Shown here: positions 51,601 through 63,062 of the stretch, one piece after another
Numbering within the stretch: the first letter of the stretch is position 1
Layout: every line of letters begins with the position of its first letter
Translations under genes and position numbers: made by a program
Source of the DNA: Octopus bimaculoides
Lineage: Eukaryota
NCBI RefSeq assembly: GCF_001194135.2
Contig: NC_068998.1
Span: 11,524,448-11,588,447 of the forward strand
Length of the DNA stretch: 64,000 nt
Direction of reading: 5' to 3'
The notes under the pieces: model-generated
Seen by the model: the letters and a program-made list of their open reading frames with translations, nothing else
The model's database searches: none
What the model was told of the DNA's origin: nothing

Positions 51601-53366
51601 TGGCTGAGTCTGTGGCTGTGGCGGTGTCGTCGTTCACCACTATAAGACGAACTTGAGACATACCTGTGACGAGTTCTGCTCTGACCTCGCTCCTTACGAG
51701 ATGACTTTCTTTTTTCAGAATGGCCCTCTTTTGCATTTTCCCCACTTGTTGATGGTTGCCTTACGACAGTCAATGAATTTTTGTCTTTTGTCTCCTCGGT
51801 TTCTTCTTCAACAGAATCATCGTCTAAATCGGATATTAATATTGGCGAACGTTCAGCCCAAGGTTTTTCATAGGCGGTAATGATCACATCACTGTCGCCA
51901 TCATCATTTTCCTCATCCCTGTTCAATTCAGTTCCACTAGAGTCAGAGCTGCTGTTGTCCTTCTTATCTTGGCGTTGATCAGTAGGCTCGGATTTCATGG
52001 AACTAGAGACTAGGCTTGTGTCGTGACTAGTTGATTCAACAGCGCTAGTTGATGGCTCTGTAACTGACGTGCTGAAGATACCAGAAGGGCCTGGTTGAGG
52101 AGACTCCCAACCTGAAATTGCTGTTTGACTTGTGGTTGCCTCTCTTTCATTCTGACTTGTTTCAGCAGATGGTTCCCAAGAGGAGGAAGTCATAACTATT
52201 TGCTGTGAAGGATGACCTAGGCTGATCGACAGAGATATACTGCTTTGATTGCCGGATGTAGTAGCAGTAGCAGTTGCTGTAGTCGTCTCTCGTGGTGAAA
52301 GTACAATAACATCATCATCACTGGATGAAGCTTCACTAGTATCTACCAGCTGAGTGAAGGGCATATATTGTGAATTAGCATCATAGGAGCGCATATCATG
52401 CAATGGTGACTTTGCAAAATTCTCAAATTCATGAATGAACTGCAATGTATTTCGACCAACAAATGGAAAAATATGTTGATAGAATTCCTCACTGCTGATT
52501 GGATAGCGCTTTACTAAATCAAGAATAAGTTCCATCACAAAGGTCACATGATTTTCTTGGTTACGAAGCAATGCATTTAGTTCACGGTTTAACCAAGGAG
52601 CTAGTCGATGAACAGCTGTGGGGTTTTTCCTCAAGAAATCGGGTTTAATGTTACGGCAACCATGTAAATGCCTGTTTTTCACTACGCGTAAATTATTTCT
52701 GTATATATTGCGTCGGAATTCGACGGAGGCTGTCTGTGTTTGCTGTTGTTGTGACCGACGTAGAGAACGACGCAAACCAGGTCTGGCGTTGTAGTCAAGC
52801 TGCTGTGGCGCCATCAGGATCTCGTCTCTCTGATGCTGGTTTTGCAGACCAAGCAATCGATCAATTGTTAAAGTTGTACGATAGCGAAACCGTTTCTCAT
52901 TGGGTGGTTCATGTTTCTGGACATCGTACTGGTCATAGTCATCGTAGGAACGCACATTGTGAATAATGCTCTTGAAGGGTTGCTTACAGAGTGGACATTC
53001 CGTTTTAATCTTTGACCACTCCAAAAGGCAAACGTAACAGAATGTATGGAAACAGCTGTCGGTGAAGGATTTATTCTCCAACTTAGATAGACAAATCGAA
53101 CAGTTTGGCTCAGGTGACTGTCGTTGGCTTCCATCACTTTCTTTATCAGCATTTTTTTCCTCTTCACCGATTTTGGGGTTACCAATATCTTTCTCGTTGG
53201 CTGAGTTAGTGCTTAGACCAGTCTCATTGTTGGTCAGTTCACTGGTCTGTGACAGAGAAGTGGCACTGGCTGCAGTACTACTTGAGCCCTTGCTACCTTC
53301 CTTTTTACCTTTCCTTCTGTCCTTCTTGTCAGTGTCTTTTCTCTTTTTCCTCTCCCCTTTCTCCAT
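48666..53366 (-). CDS. TOPORS: Topors-like E3 ubiquitin/SUMO ligase, 1566 aa, single coding exon
   Basis: C3HC4 RING at 52986..53102 (CSICL...CFHTFCYVCLLEW...CPLC), then Topors-type blocks RFRYRTTL, HRLAPWLNRELN, FIHEFENFAKSP and DVIITAYEKPWAERSP, an RS tract and a His/Lys tract. Acceptor (poly-T...ttcag) precedes the exon start at 53376; the first in-exon ATG is at 53366. Confidence 0.9.
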   Translation of the reverse strand: MEKGERKKRKDTDKKDRRKGKKEGSKGSSSTAASATSLSQTSELTNNETGLSTNSANEKDIGNPKIGEEEKNADKESDGSQRQSPEPNCSICLSKLENKSFTDSCFHTFCYVCLLEWSKIKTECPLCKQPFKSIIHNVRSYDDYDQYDVQKHEPPNEKRFRYRTTLTIDRLLGLQNQHQRDEILMAPQQLDYNARPGLRRSLRRSQQQQTQTASVEFRRNIYRNNLRVVKNRHLHGCRNIKPDFLRKNPTAVHRLAPWLNRELNALLRNQENHVTFVMELILDLVKRYPISSEEFYQHIFPFVGRNTLQFIHEFENFAKSPLHDMRSYDANSQYMPFTQLVDTSEASSSDDDVIVLSPRETTTATATATTSGNQSSISLSISLGHPSQQIVMTSSSWEPSAETSQNEREATTSQTAISGWESPQPGPSGIFSTSVTEPSTSAVESTSHDTSLVSSSMKSEPTDQRQDKKDNSSSDSSGTELNRDEENDDGDSDVIITAYEKPWAERSPILISDLDDDSVEEETEETKDKNSLTVVRQPSTSGENAKEGHSEKRKSSRKERGQSRTRHRYVSSSSYSGERRHRHSHRLSHYSYSQSNSSRSRSRSRSRSRRSKSKRTSSYSREERSRCRYRHDESTASSSSSLQLHISQKSIMFPLTCNNYYRLGYPHRSSQPDLSSGIYNYDTNYNNESCRKRDGYRPSSPVVSRNRSRSSSVEIIACKRRRKSHKKHKKHKHRRHHRSKHTSSKLSSHCDSVSDSNYLNSLDVVALSPQPTSTFKKHCSGHKSSKRYQGTSVNTDDVSIIDNVHEESSCLSKFSSYHVKPSSTATVATCSHVLDPGLAGSNLLEDLTADNSSYLSGAIGADVIVQSEDNTDKHCLKEPTVLGDSSKNIDLDDISHAISVPVSTCGSLAEINDPDLKLMFSDFCMDKSAKAASTAHTATSSTANESLDDFNLLSNSSIPSWSCSSSSEACSVTNEKKDSSNCHTTGNVSCCSMDTAQPGVKRCMKQTPGDVATATVTSVNTNSNESSAFSDNDKNNSSSVHPADEDISPTSEGLSKESSCKMESDAAISGQQPSQTSSAVSDASVLSAEREENTNNNVPKHQIFLPLLDNNTSVLSFESDILDIQKASDAVSSKDKDCKLPLLPLPTTSEDSLTVRNDSNSLYQSLYSIASSLSSPATSSSSSQQTHTSHNTSSNLSKPLSHSTFPVSPSAACHSSSSSSSSSLATVSNSSTAPKETNSSSSDNHSSNPNVFGKNKGKTESFPVSQYFKKDNCKNVNTCSTSESQMVKVKKTKGKVCEPSKDDNEDSNWSSCGSSSPFLWYEEAEFSWSEPTESPASQPVEKSCSNTDSNATGSYEFSSNLSLNNTSIKLTIKGLPTSRDHGNKESAKDITVNVNQSQNTHNSSSNDSSSNKQPQKKILGTASKSKDLCEQSLSEDILKEQVSTEPSNLAHCSSQDYLFDTEYCGDLHSHSSKSKAFQILNENSNKPASLLSQQNKVLNKVDEVKSKLFTANNSSSDKLNDSEINNEDFSKSMFSLSSQDSKCESLSVKKDDLLSDISSGDDTNTS

Positions 53367-53666
53367 TATCACAATTCTGAATATAGAAAAAAAAAAAAAA
53401 AATAGAAAAAAAGACAATCATAATAATAATCTCATTATTTATCACAATAGTAATGGAGACAACATTACAATACAACTCAGAATACATCACGATAGATAAA
53501 AAAGAAGTATAACATGTGGTTTGTTAAATGTATTTGTAGGTATACACATACATGTGAATGTGTGTGTGTGTGTGTGTATATACAATGGTGGCCATAAGTA
53601 TTTTCTAAGACTGGACTCCTCCACAGGAATTCTGAAAGGGTGGCCTTGTCTAGGCACAAAAATGCT

Positions 53667-53899
53667 TTAACCCTTTAGCATTTAAACTGACCATATCTGG
53701 CCAATATATTCTACTTGCTTTATGTTTAAATTAGCCAGATCTGGTCTCTCACACCAACTTTACTATATCTTTCTAAAAAATTAACAGTTAGCTCATCAAA
53801 ATCTCAATGTTACAAAATAATGCATGATTAATTCAAATCAATGTGAATAAATAAACGTTATTATATTTGACAGAGTAATTGTGAATGCTGAAGGGTTAA
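53667..53899. mobile_element. piggyBac-like TTAA MITE (~230 bp)
   Basis: TTAA-CCCTTTAGCATT...AATGCTGAAGGG-TTAA. Further copies at 3593..3808, 33627..33849, 38541..38764, 46076..46299 and 46296..46521. Confidence 0.75.
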
Positions 53900-54189
53900 A
53901 ATATGCCTACACTACTCCCTGCATCTTGGAGATCAATTTTGAACTTTTTATTATTCATGTCATATTTTTTTTACACACAAACAGACATACAAAGTCATTC
54001 ATTTTCAATATTCTGCGAAAACATGTCTGGCCATGGAGAAATATTACCTCATTTGGAAACAGGTATGGTTTGGCAACAAGGATGGGCATCTGGCTAGAGA
54101 AAACCTGCATCGATAGACTCAGTCTGATCCATGCAAGAATGGAAAAGTGGATGGAATGATGATGATGATGATGATACATGTCTTAGCAT

Positions 54190-54511
54190 ACTCTTACTCT
54201 TTACTCTCTTTTACTTGTTTCAGTCATTTGACTGTAGTACTTATTCTATCGGTCTCTTTTGCTGAACCACTAAGTTACGGGGACGTAAACACACCAGCAT
54301 CGGTTGTCAAGCGATGTTGGGGGGACAAACACACACATATATATATATATACGACGGGCTTCTTTCAGTTTCCGTCTACCAAATCCACTCACAAGGCTTT
54401 GGTCGGCCCGAGGCTATAGTAGAAGACACTTGCCCAAGGTGCCACGCAGTGGGAATGAACCCAGAACCATGTGGTTGGTAAGCAAGCTACTTACCACACA
54501 GCCACTCCTGC
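54190..54511 (-). mobile_element. tRNA-derived CORE-like SINE, family B
   Basis: Head GGAGTGGCTGTGTGGTAAG...GGTTC, GGCACCTTGGGCAAGTGTC core and TAAAAGAG-type tail. Other copies at about 2109, 18930(-), 19630-20150(-), 29480-30230(-), 44560(-), 57330 and 59350. Confidence 0.85.
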
Positions 54512-54901
54512 ATAGTTTTTTTCTTTATATTTCTTTAAAATAGATTTTTTCTTTTAATATTAAGCTCTTTAAACAGTTTTTAACAGGTTCTGAAAATAGT
54601 TTTAAGGTACTGCTACCATCATGTGAGCATGCATGTGTGCATATGCATGCATTTGTGTATATGTATGTGCATGTAAGTATAGATTCTGCTGTGTGGTTGG
54701 TGTTAGGAAGGGCATCCAGCCATAAAAACCGTGCCAAAACAGACACGGAAGTCTGGTGCAGTCCTCTGGCTTGCCAGCTCCTGTCAAACTGTCCATCCCA
54801 AGCCAGCATGGAAGGCAGATGTTAAACGATGGAGATGATGATAATATATATGGCACAGAACCTCCCCAAACTAGATACCAATATCTAAGCATTATCTAAA
54901 C

Positions 54902-55171
54902 CAGGGGTTTTCAAACTGTGGTCTGCAAGGACAAGACAGGGGGTCCGTGGACAGCAAATACTTTTTATGGGCAATTTGATTTCATATATATTTTTTAATC
55001 GAAATCTTTTAACTGACAATAAACCTATTTGTTAAATACTGTTAAATAAATAAATGTAAAAATATATTATTTTAAGCAAATATTTATGTATAAATTTCAT
55101 AAGCGTTTATAAGGGGGTCCCTAAGGTAAAGCCTGAAATATAAAGGGGTCCGCAAGTCAAAAAGTTTGAAA
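54902..55171. mobile_element. hAT (Charlie-like) MITE, right end lost in a gap
   Basis: Starts CAGGGGTTTTCAAACT and ends AGTTTGAAA at the N run. Confidence 0.65.
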
Positions 55172-58168
55172 NNNNNNNNNNNNNNNNNNNNNNNNNNNNN
55201 NNNNNNNNNNNNNNNNNNNNNNNNNNNNNNNNNNNNNNNNNNNNNNNNNNNNNNNNNNNNNNNNNNNNNNNNNNNNNNNNNNNNNNNNNNNNNNNNNNNN
55301 NNNNNNNNNNNNNNNNNNNNNNNNNNNNNNNNNNNNNNNNNNNNNNNNNNNNNNNNNNNNNNNNNNNNNNNNNNNNNNNNNNNNNNNATATATATAGCTT
55401 GATATAGTTTAAGCAATTGCCTTCAAGTGTTATACTGATGCCAGATAACTACAAAGGTGATAAGCAGTGGTTAGGTCAACATTGTTGAATACTTTTGGCT
55501 GACCCAAATAATAATTGTATGTAGTAGCATAAACACAAGCCAGAAATTTATGGGAGTGACAAGCAATTAATTATATTGACCCAAGTTATTTAATTGGTAC
55601 TTTGACTCTAGAAAAGTGAATCTGACTTCAGTGGGATTTGAACTCAGAATGCAATCAGGATGAATATGACAAGTAAGTTTGAGACTAACAATTCTGCCAA
55701 TCCACTCTCTCGATCCAAATGGTAATGGTCTCTAGTTTAGGTTCAAGGTGAGCAATTTTTTTCTTGGAGGGGGAGGGGTCAGTTGATAGCATTGATCCTA
55801 GGACATGACGAGTACTTTATTTCATTGACCTTGGAAAGATTAAAGATTAAGTTGATATCGATGGATTTGAACTCAGAACATAATATCACAGGGTAGTAAC
55901 ATTCCTGCTAATCCACCACCTGGACCTAAATAAGGATTTCAGATTTTGGTACAAGGTAAGCGACTTTGAGGGGAGGGAGAAGTCAATTACATCGAACCAC
56001 AAGTGCTCCACTAGTATTTATTTTATTGAACCTGAAAGGACGAAAGGCAAAAGCAACCTTGGTGGTATTTGAACTCAGAAGGTAAAGAACCAAAAGAAAT
56101 ACCACTAAGCATTTTGTCCAATATGTTAATTATCATTTAACGTCTGTTTTCCATGCTGGCATGGGTTGGACGGTTTGACTGAAAACTGGTAAGCTGCACC
56201 AGGTTCCAATCTGATTTGGCATGGTTTCTACAGCTGGATGCCCTTCCTAATGCCAACCACTCCAATAGTGTAGTGGGTACTTTTTATGTACCACCAGCAC
56301 GGGTGCCAGTTACGTAACACTAGCATCAGCCACAGCTATGATCTCACTTGACAGGTCTTCTCAAGCACGGTGTATCACCTAAGGTCTCAGTCACTTGTCA
56401 CTGCCTCTGTGAGGTCCAACATTCGAAGGGTGCATTTCATATGCCACCAGCACGGGTGCCTTCTGCCAACTCGCCATCTTATCTAACTCAAATAAAAACA
56501 ACACATAATTCAATCAGCACAGTCACACATTTACGCAGAGTGGTATAATTGATTAACTTGACCTCAACATGGGAAGGTTGAAAGGCTATGCATTTCTATT
56601 CTAACGAGATCGACAACTATGAAAGAACAATCATAAAGGTATGCTCTCTTAAAAGGCCAATACTTCATTCACGTAAGAAAATAAAACTAACTCTGCCCTA
56701 ATGAATAGATCCAGTCTATACAGGGGCAGAAGAAGCAACAAAATTTGCCATACAGGAATAGACCATCACTAAATTGGCATTTCTTTAATTCCTAAAATAT
56801 AGGAGACTAATGGCACTTATACAATTGTCCAACCCTAGCAAGCATAGAAAAAAGCAGAGATGATGATGATAACTGATTTTCTAAAGAAAAAGGAAAAAAA
56901 TATTACCAACAGTATATTAGCATATTCAATGCAAGCTTCCATTAAATATATTTGGAAACAAAACAACATAGAAAAACTGCTCTGTACATATGCCTGGCCA
57001 ATTTCACTGTCTTTAAGAAGTTCTGTTGTATTCATATGAATTGTTGCTTGCCTTAGAAAGTGACAAACTAAATATTCTATTGACCTTTAGCATACAGACA
57101 GGCAACCAGTTAGTACACAATAAACAGGACATCATTTTTAATGGGAATAACAATAGCATTTTAATAGCTAATACCTTAAGCAGAAAGGCTAACACACAAC
57201 AATGACTTCACTATTGAATTATACGTATTATTGCATTTCAGAAACATGTTCACTGACTCATTTGTAACTGACAACAGGAACAGTACATAGTTATTACTGT
57301 TGAGACGTAGGTAGGTTATACATATGAACAGATGTGGTTGTGTGGTAAGAAGATTGCTTCCCAACCACATGGTTCCGAGTTCAGTCCCACTGCATATGGC
57401 ACCTTAGGCAAGTGTCTTCTACTATAGCCCTGGGTCAACCAAAACCTCGTAATTAGATTTGGTAACTGGCACTTCATCAGTTATGACGATGAGTATTCCA
57501 GTTGGTCTGATCAACAGAACAGCCTACTTATGAAATTAACATGCAGGTGGTTGAGCACTCCTCAGACACATGTACCCGCAACATAGTTCACAGGGAGATT
57601 CGGTGCAATACAGAATGTGACGAGGCTGGCCCCTTTTGAAATACATGTACAGCTCATTTTTGCCAACAGAATTGACTGGAGCAACGTGAAATAAAGTGTC
57701 TTGCTCAAGGATACAACGCACCACCAGGAATCAAACTCACAACCTCACAATCATGAGCTGAATACTTAACCACTAAGCCACATCACCATCATCATCGCTT
57801 AATGTCCATTTTCCATGCTGGCATGGGTTGGATGGTTTGACTGAAAACTGGTTAAGCTGGGGAGCTGCGCCAGGTTCCAGTCTCATTTGGCATGGTTTCT
57901 ATGACTGGATGCTAATGATTCTGCCAGCTCAACACCTTAATAATAATAATAATTCTTTCTACAATAGGCACAAGGCCTGAAATTTTGGGGGAAGGGGCAA
58001 GTTGATTACATTAGCCCCCAGTATCCAACTGGTGCTTAATTTATTGACCCTGAAAGGATGAAAGGCAAAGTCAACCTCAGAGGAATCTGAACTCAGAACA
58101 TAGCAACAGACAAAATACCGCTAAGCATTTCACCCAGCGTGCTAACCATTCTTCCAGCTCGCCGCTTT

Positions 58169-58202
<34 letters not shown>

Positions 58203-58339
58203 GTATTGGTTTCACATTCTGACACAAGACCAGCCAGCAATTTCAGAGAAAGGGTTCAGTTGATTACCAAGTCCAGTGTTCAACTGGTACTTAGTAAAAA
58301 TAATAATTTTCAGAAGTGTAGCTACACTAGAAAACATGT

Positions 58340-58800
58340 ATGAGTTACATGATCAAGATGACTGAGAAGTGATATGATCATCAGCCAAACTTGGTCATTG
58401 ACAAGAATGTTACCATTCTCTGGACATGCCCATCCTCATCGACAGAGATAGAAATCAACAAGTTTGACATTATTTAAGACAGGAAGGATAAGACATGTTT
58501 CCTTATTGATGTAGTAGCATCATCTTTTAGATGATATTGCTTTATGACATCCTCACAAGAGACTCATAGTGAAGCTGACCAAGTACAAAACCCAAAAGAT
58601 TGAAGTCAACAGGAAGTGAAATATGAAGACTGAAATAACACCAGTGGCTATTACAGCTCTAGGGTTCACAAAGAAGAGAATGGAAAAGTTCAACAGTATC
58701 TCAGATAACATCAACAGCTACACAGTCCAGAACACTGAATTACTGGAATCAGCTCACATACTACGGAAAACACTACCAATCAAGAAACATCTTCCCTATA
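58340..58800 (+). mobile_element. R4/Dong-like (restriction-like endonuclease) non-LTR retrotransposon 3' fossil
   Basis: YDHQPNLVIDKNVTILW/DMPI..., DKTCFLIDV, KLTKYK..IEVNRK*NMKT..PV.I.ALG and AHILRKTL match the RLE C-terminus. Frameshifted. Confidence 0.75.
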
Positions 58801-59779
58801 GCAACTTAGGCCCATATTGTGGGCCAGGCTCCACAGAATAATAGCAAAAAGGAAGGGCAAAGGATGTAATACTAATGATAAGTTGTTTCTTAATTTAGGC
58901 ACAATGTAAAAAAATGTGGAGAATGAAAACAAATTATTCTAGTTGTAATTGAGTCAACTCGAAAAATTTTTTCAGAGTTTCCTGAACAAATGATGAAATC
59001 AAATTCACAGTAGAAATGAAGTGAATTCTGGTGTTTACCCAGGTTCAGTTCCAACCCAGCAGAAGTTTTAAGGCTGCTCCTCCTGGTGAAGAAAATTGGC
59101 CTGCAAGAGTTCTGTGGTGGTGTCATGTATAAAAATGCTCAAGCAGTGCCACATAAAAGTACCCAACCACACTCTGTAAAGTGGTTGGTGTTAGGGAGGG
59201 CATCCAGCCATAGAAACCATGTCAAATCAGACTGGAGTCTGGTGCAGCTCCCCAGCTTGCCAGTCCTGATCAAACTGCCCGACCCATGCCAGCATGGAAA
59301 ATGAATGTTAAATAATGATTATGATGATGGCTACGTTTTTACGAAGGTATACTTCTCAAGCACATGGTTTCAGTTTCACTCCCAGTACATGGCACCTTGG
59401 GCAAGTATTTTCTATTATAGCTTCAGACCAACCAAAGCCTTGTAAGTGGATATGATAGATGTACTCTGAAAGAAGGTTAACTTGTGTGTGTGTGTGTGAA
59501 AGTTTGTGCTTCCTTCTCTTGACATAGCATGATAGTTGTAAATGAGTGTCATTCGTTTCTAATACTCTGCAAAAATATACCTGACCATGATGAACTATTT
59601 ACCTTGCTTGGAAACAGGTGTGAGTTCGTGACAAGAAAGACATCAGGCCATAGAAAATCTACCTCAATAAAGTCCATCCAACCCATGCAAGCATGGATAA
59701 GATGATATTCAAATGATGATGATGATAATGACTCTTTCTTCTTTACATCAATGACCTACAGTCACCTCCAACACACATC

Positions 59780-60140
59780 TATTTCTTTTATGTAAAAATC
59801 ACAAAACTTACATTATGCATTTCTGCTGGGCTTTTTTTAAAAATACCTTTATCACATGCAGGTGATACTACTCTTCATTCCTTTCAAATGTACCACACTC
59901 AAGTATCATCCAAATGCAACCGAGTCACATCTTATTAAATGTGCATTGATTCCATGAACAGAGACCTCTAAAACATCCCACAATGGAGTCGTGCCAATCT
60001 TGTCTCTTTCAACAGCACAAAGACAATCAAGAAAAACATCTCCTTCCATCAAACATCAAGCAACTAGATCCCTCAAGATTACTACAAATTGCTTAGCCTC
60101 ATCATCACAAAAGAACTCCTTTAGCAAAAGCACATTCGTG
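59780..60140 (+). mobile_element. CR1/L2-like reverse transcriptase fossil
   Basis: HAGDTTLHS (YADD-like) followed by SMNRDL*NIPQWSRANLVSFNSTKT. Confidence 0.6.
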
Positions 60141-61918
60141 TGAATAAATGTCCAACTTTGAGTTTGGTTTAAAAGTTGTTATGCATCAAGAGTCAATTAT
60201 GAAACCCTTATCATTATTATGGAAAATAGCTATTTGTTTTCAGAGATAGATTTCTTTCGCAATGCTAATAATTTAACAGTTCTGGCTAAGGTTTGAGATA
60301 GGCCATCTAAAGAATCTTTACTTGGAAGGATAATCCTAAACCAAAGGTCCTTCAAATTAATAAGTCTAATGAAAAAAAAATATCTTGTGTTGTAGGTATG
60401 GTACTAAGGCGAGAAGGAGGCCAGCAAATGACCATTTGATATCAGCCACATGGGTATTGATAATAATTCTATTTATTATCTTCTGAAATAGCTCCAAACA
60501 TTTGGTGCATGTGGTGTGATGGGTAGCTAAACCCAGATTCAGTTTAGATGCATAAACTGCACAGAAAATATTCATCATGAAGCACCTCCTTGACTGAAGG
60601 GGTGAGTTGTGGGTCGTGTAACCCTTGAAACTGCCAGAACTGCATCAAAGAGGTTATATTTGATTTTTAAATAAGACTTTAGATTTCAAATTTTGAAGAT
60701 TAACACATGAAAACATGGCAGTTTAGGTCATTGCTGCTTAGCACCAGGTCAACCGTGATTGCAGAAAACCTATGATCAAGGATACTCCAGCCATTACTGT
60801 CGTGTCTCTTTATAGGGTTAGGTTATATAAAGTGTCCTTCCAGGTTTAAGATGGTAGAGTGATTTAAGGGAGATCTGGCTGGTATTTCTAGCATAGCAAA
60901 AAACCATGGAGAGGTAAATAATTCTGATGACCCATAAGTTGGTGATACTAGTTCGTAGTTATGGGGTGAATGAACTCCGCTTCAAGTATTTTGCGGTGCT
61001 TCTGTTCAAGACGACATATTGCATATGTCACAATCCACCTTAGTTGCTTGGTGTTTGTACAAGAACTTCAGGGAAATTATTCTATAGGAGGATTAACTTC
61101 TTGACCAGTGGGACAATTACTGACCCCATCCACTTACATCAACATAAACCACCAATTAAGTAAGGATCATATTTATGGATCTCCGATATTGCCAAAAAAT
61201 AAAAGAGAGAGACATTAGATAATGTAGTCTTATGTCTGAACAAAAGACTGGATGGTCACTATTGCAATGCCTTTGATCAAAGGTCAACTTGGATGCTAAA
61301 TAACAGTCGATACTTTCAGATGATATCGAAGAGGTTTCAATTAGCAGCTGTTCCGGCCAAGCCTAAATTAAACAGCGATCTCGAAAAGGAGATTAAACTA
61401 GCTGAAATAGGAAGAAGGCAGTTTATTATTTATTTACTTTGTTATCAACCACCAACAACAAATAATTATAAAATGACTTATGGCAAAGTCCTCAACTGAG
61501 TGAATATATTAACTCGTTTATATTTTCTACTGTTACCCGTTCTAAAAATCGTTTTTTTAATTTAATTTTCACACGTTAAGAACACCAAGAATTTCAGCAA
61601 CAACGAAACTGGTTTCAAGATTAGGGTTTTGTCAAACGGTAATGGGGACACTGCAGTGACAACCTGATAGAGATTGAACGCGAACCTCACACATTGCAGA
61701 TAGCTGGATATTTATGTATCGAATGAGTTGGAGAAGTTATTTTGCTCGTGGTTTTCCATTATGAGAAATGACATTTGTTCATCACATATAATGAATTAAT
61801 GAATACTGTGTTATATATACATCAATCGTTACGTAATATAATTAGTAAACAAATTAAGGTGTGTGCGCGCGCGTGCGTTTTGAAGCTAGAACTAAATTTA
61901 TATATTGCTCTCTTTATT

Positions 61919-62002
<84 letters not shown>

Positions 62003-62018
62003 GAGAGAGAGAGAGAGA
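61919..62018. repeat. (TA)~40 followed by (GA)n
   Basis: Read directly. Confidence 0.95.
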
Positions 62019-62678
62019 TCTGAATATAAACACACACACACATATATAGGTGGATGCATACAAATATATAGAGATCTGTACGTAAACACACACATATATA
62101 TATATAGATAGATACACACACATACTTGTCTTCTATAAAGTCAGGGACCTGCATTTATATAGCGTGTTTTGTCATTTTAAATACGTGATCATATGCATAT
62201 GTTTCTTAATGTATTAAGAACGAAGATCTTCACAAATGGTATGGTACATATTCGAATCCTAACGCAGACAAACAAAAGAATATTAAATAAATATAAAAAG
62301 CTGCTAGGCAGAAAACAGTTGAACAACCAGTGACATTAAGGTTAATAATATATTTACATTTAGAAAGAAGTTAACCAATGTATGAGGGTTCGTTTTTTAA
62401 CCTGGCGCTCTTTTTGTTTTTGATTTTCTTTTTTCTTCTCTTTTTATTTTATTTTAGTTCACATTTCAATACAGACACAATATTATGTGATATGTTATAA
62501 TACTGGGGGTTAAATAATACTCTTAAATTATATACCACCAATTATTTAATGAATCAGTAGAGGTAATATTTTAAATAGCTTTAACCCGACATTGATCTAT
62601 TTCAACTGATGAGAAGGGTATCAGGATAAAGAAAGCTTTAGAGATATAATTAAAATGCTAATGAAGTGAAATACTTAC

Positions 62679-62760
62679 TGTATTATGTTAGTCAAGACTC
62701 TGCCATCTAAACCAGTCTTCTACATGTTATGTTATACAGAGGTTGGAAACACTCCTTCCT
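62679..62760 (-). other. TOPORS: Probable non-coding first exon of Topors; 5' end approximate
   Basis: Minus-strand donor ACA|GTAAGTAT at 62678, just downstream of the CCAAT boxes. Implies a ~9.3 kb intron to the acceptor at 53377. Confidence 0.45.
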
Positions 62761-62769
62761 AAACGAGCA

Positions 62770-62930
62770 GCTGATTGGGTAATCTCTTGTTGTTGACCAA
62801 TAGAAATCGCTTTTCTACGAATGCTTTGGTTTGTAAGGGACCGTTCATAAATTACATGTGTAGTAAAGGGATATATTTTATGAAGTACTTGGTTTTGTAT
62901 TAATATTTGCTTTTCGAAATATTGGGCTGA
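62770..62930. promoter_or_regulatory. CCAAT (NF-Y-type) box cluster, candidate bidirectional promoter
   Basis: ATTGG at 62774-62778 (reverse strand ACCCAATCAG), GACCAATAG at 62797-62801 and ATTGG at 62921-62925, in a CpG-retaining region between divergent donor-terminated exons. Confidence 0.55.
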
Positions 62931-63030
62931 AACTACTGTTTGTAATACAATTGATGTCTTAGCTACTGAAAGCGTTTAGATCCGATGCAATCGAATGTTG
63001 AACTCATGTTTAGCACAATCGGTCCCGTCA

Positions 63031-63062
63031 ATGGCGACTGCGGAGTCACGTTATAAAGAAGT
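63031..63062 (+). CDS. Probable first coding exon of an unidentified gene (MATAESRYKEV...)
   Basis: tcaATGGCG start context, 10 open codons plus GT, then a consensus GTAAGT donor at 63063. Product not recognised and no second exon found in the window. Confidence 0.45.

Noticed and set aside
53048-53060. GAAACAGCTGTC resembling hammerhead helix III
   Set aside because: No CUGANGA upstream; it is the antisense of Topors RING codons.
53367-53417. First 17 aa (MSFFLFFFFFSIFRIVI) of the 1583-aa ORF
   Set aside because: Mostly the intron polypyrimidine tract and acceptor AG (53377-53378), with a non-ATG start. The CDS was trimmed to ATG 53366.
49538-53499. Alternative-frame and antisense ORFs overlapping Topors
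   Set aside because: Expected shadow ORFs of a long Ser-rich coding exon, with no recognisable domains.
60924-60970. CTGATGA + 7-bp stem (CCCATAA/TTATGGG) + GTGAAT
   Set aside because: The GAAA core is broken and no stem I/III or NUH site is present; at most a heavily decayed ribozyme.
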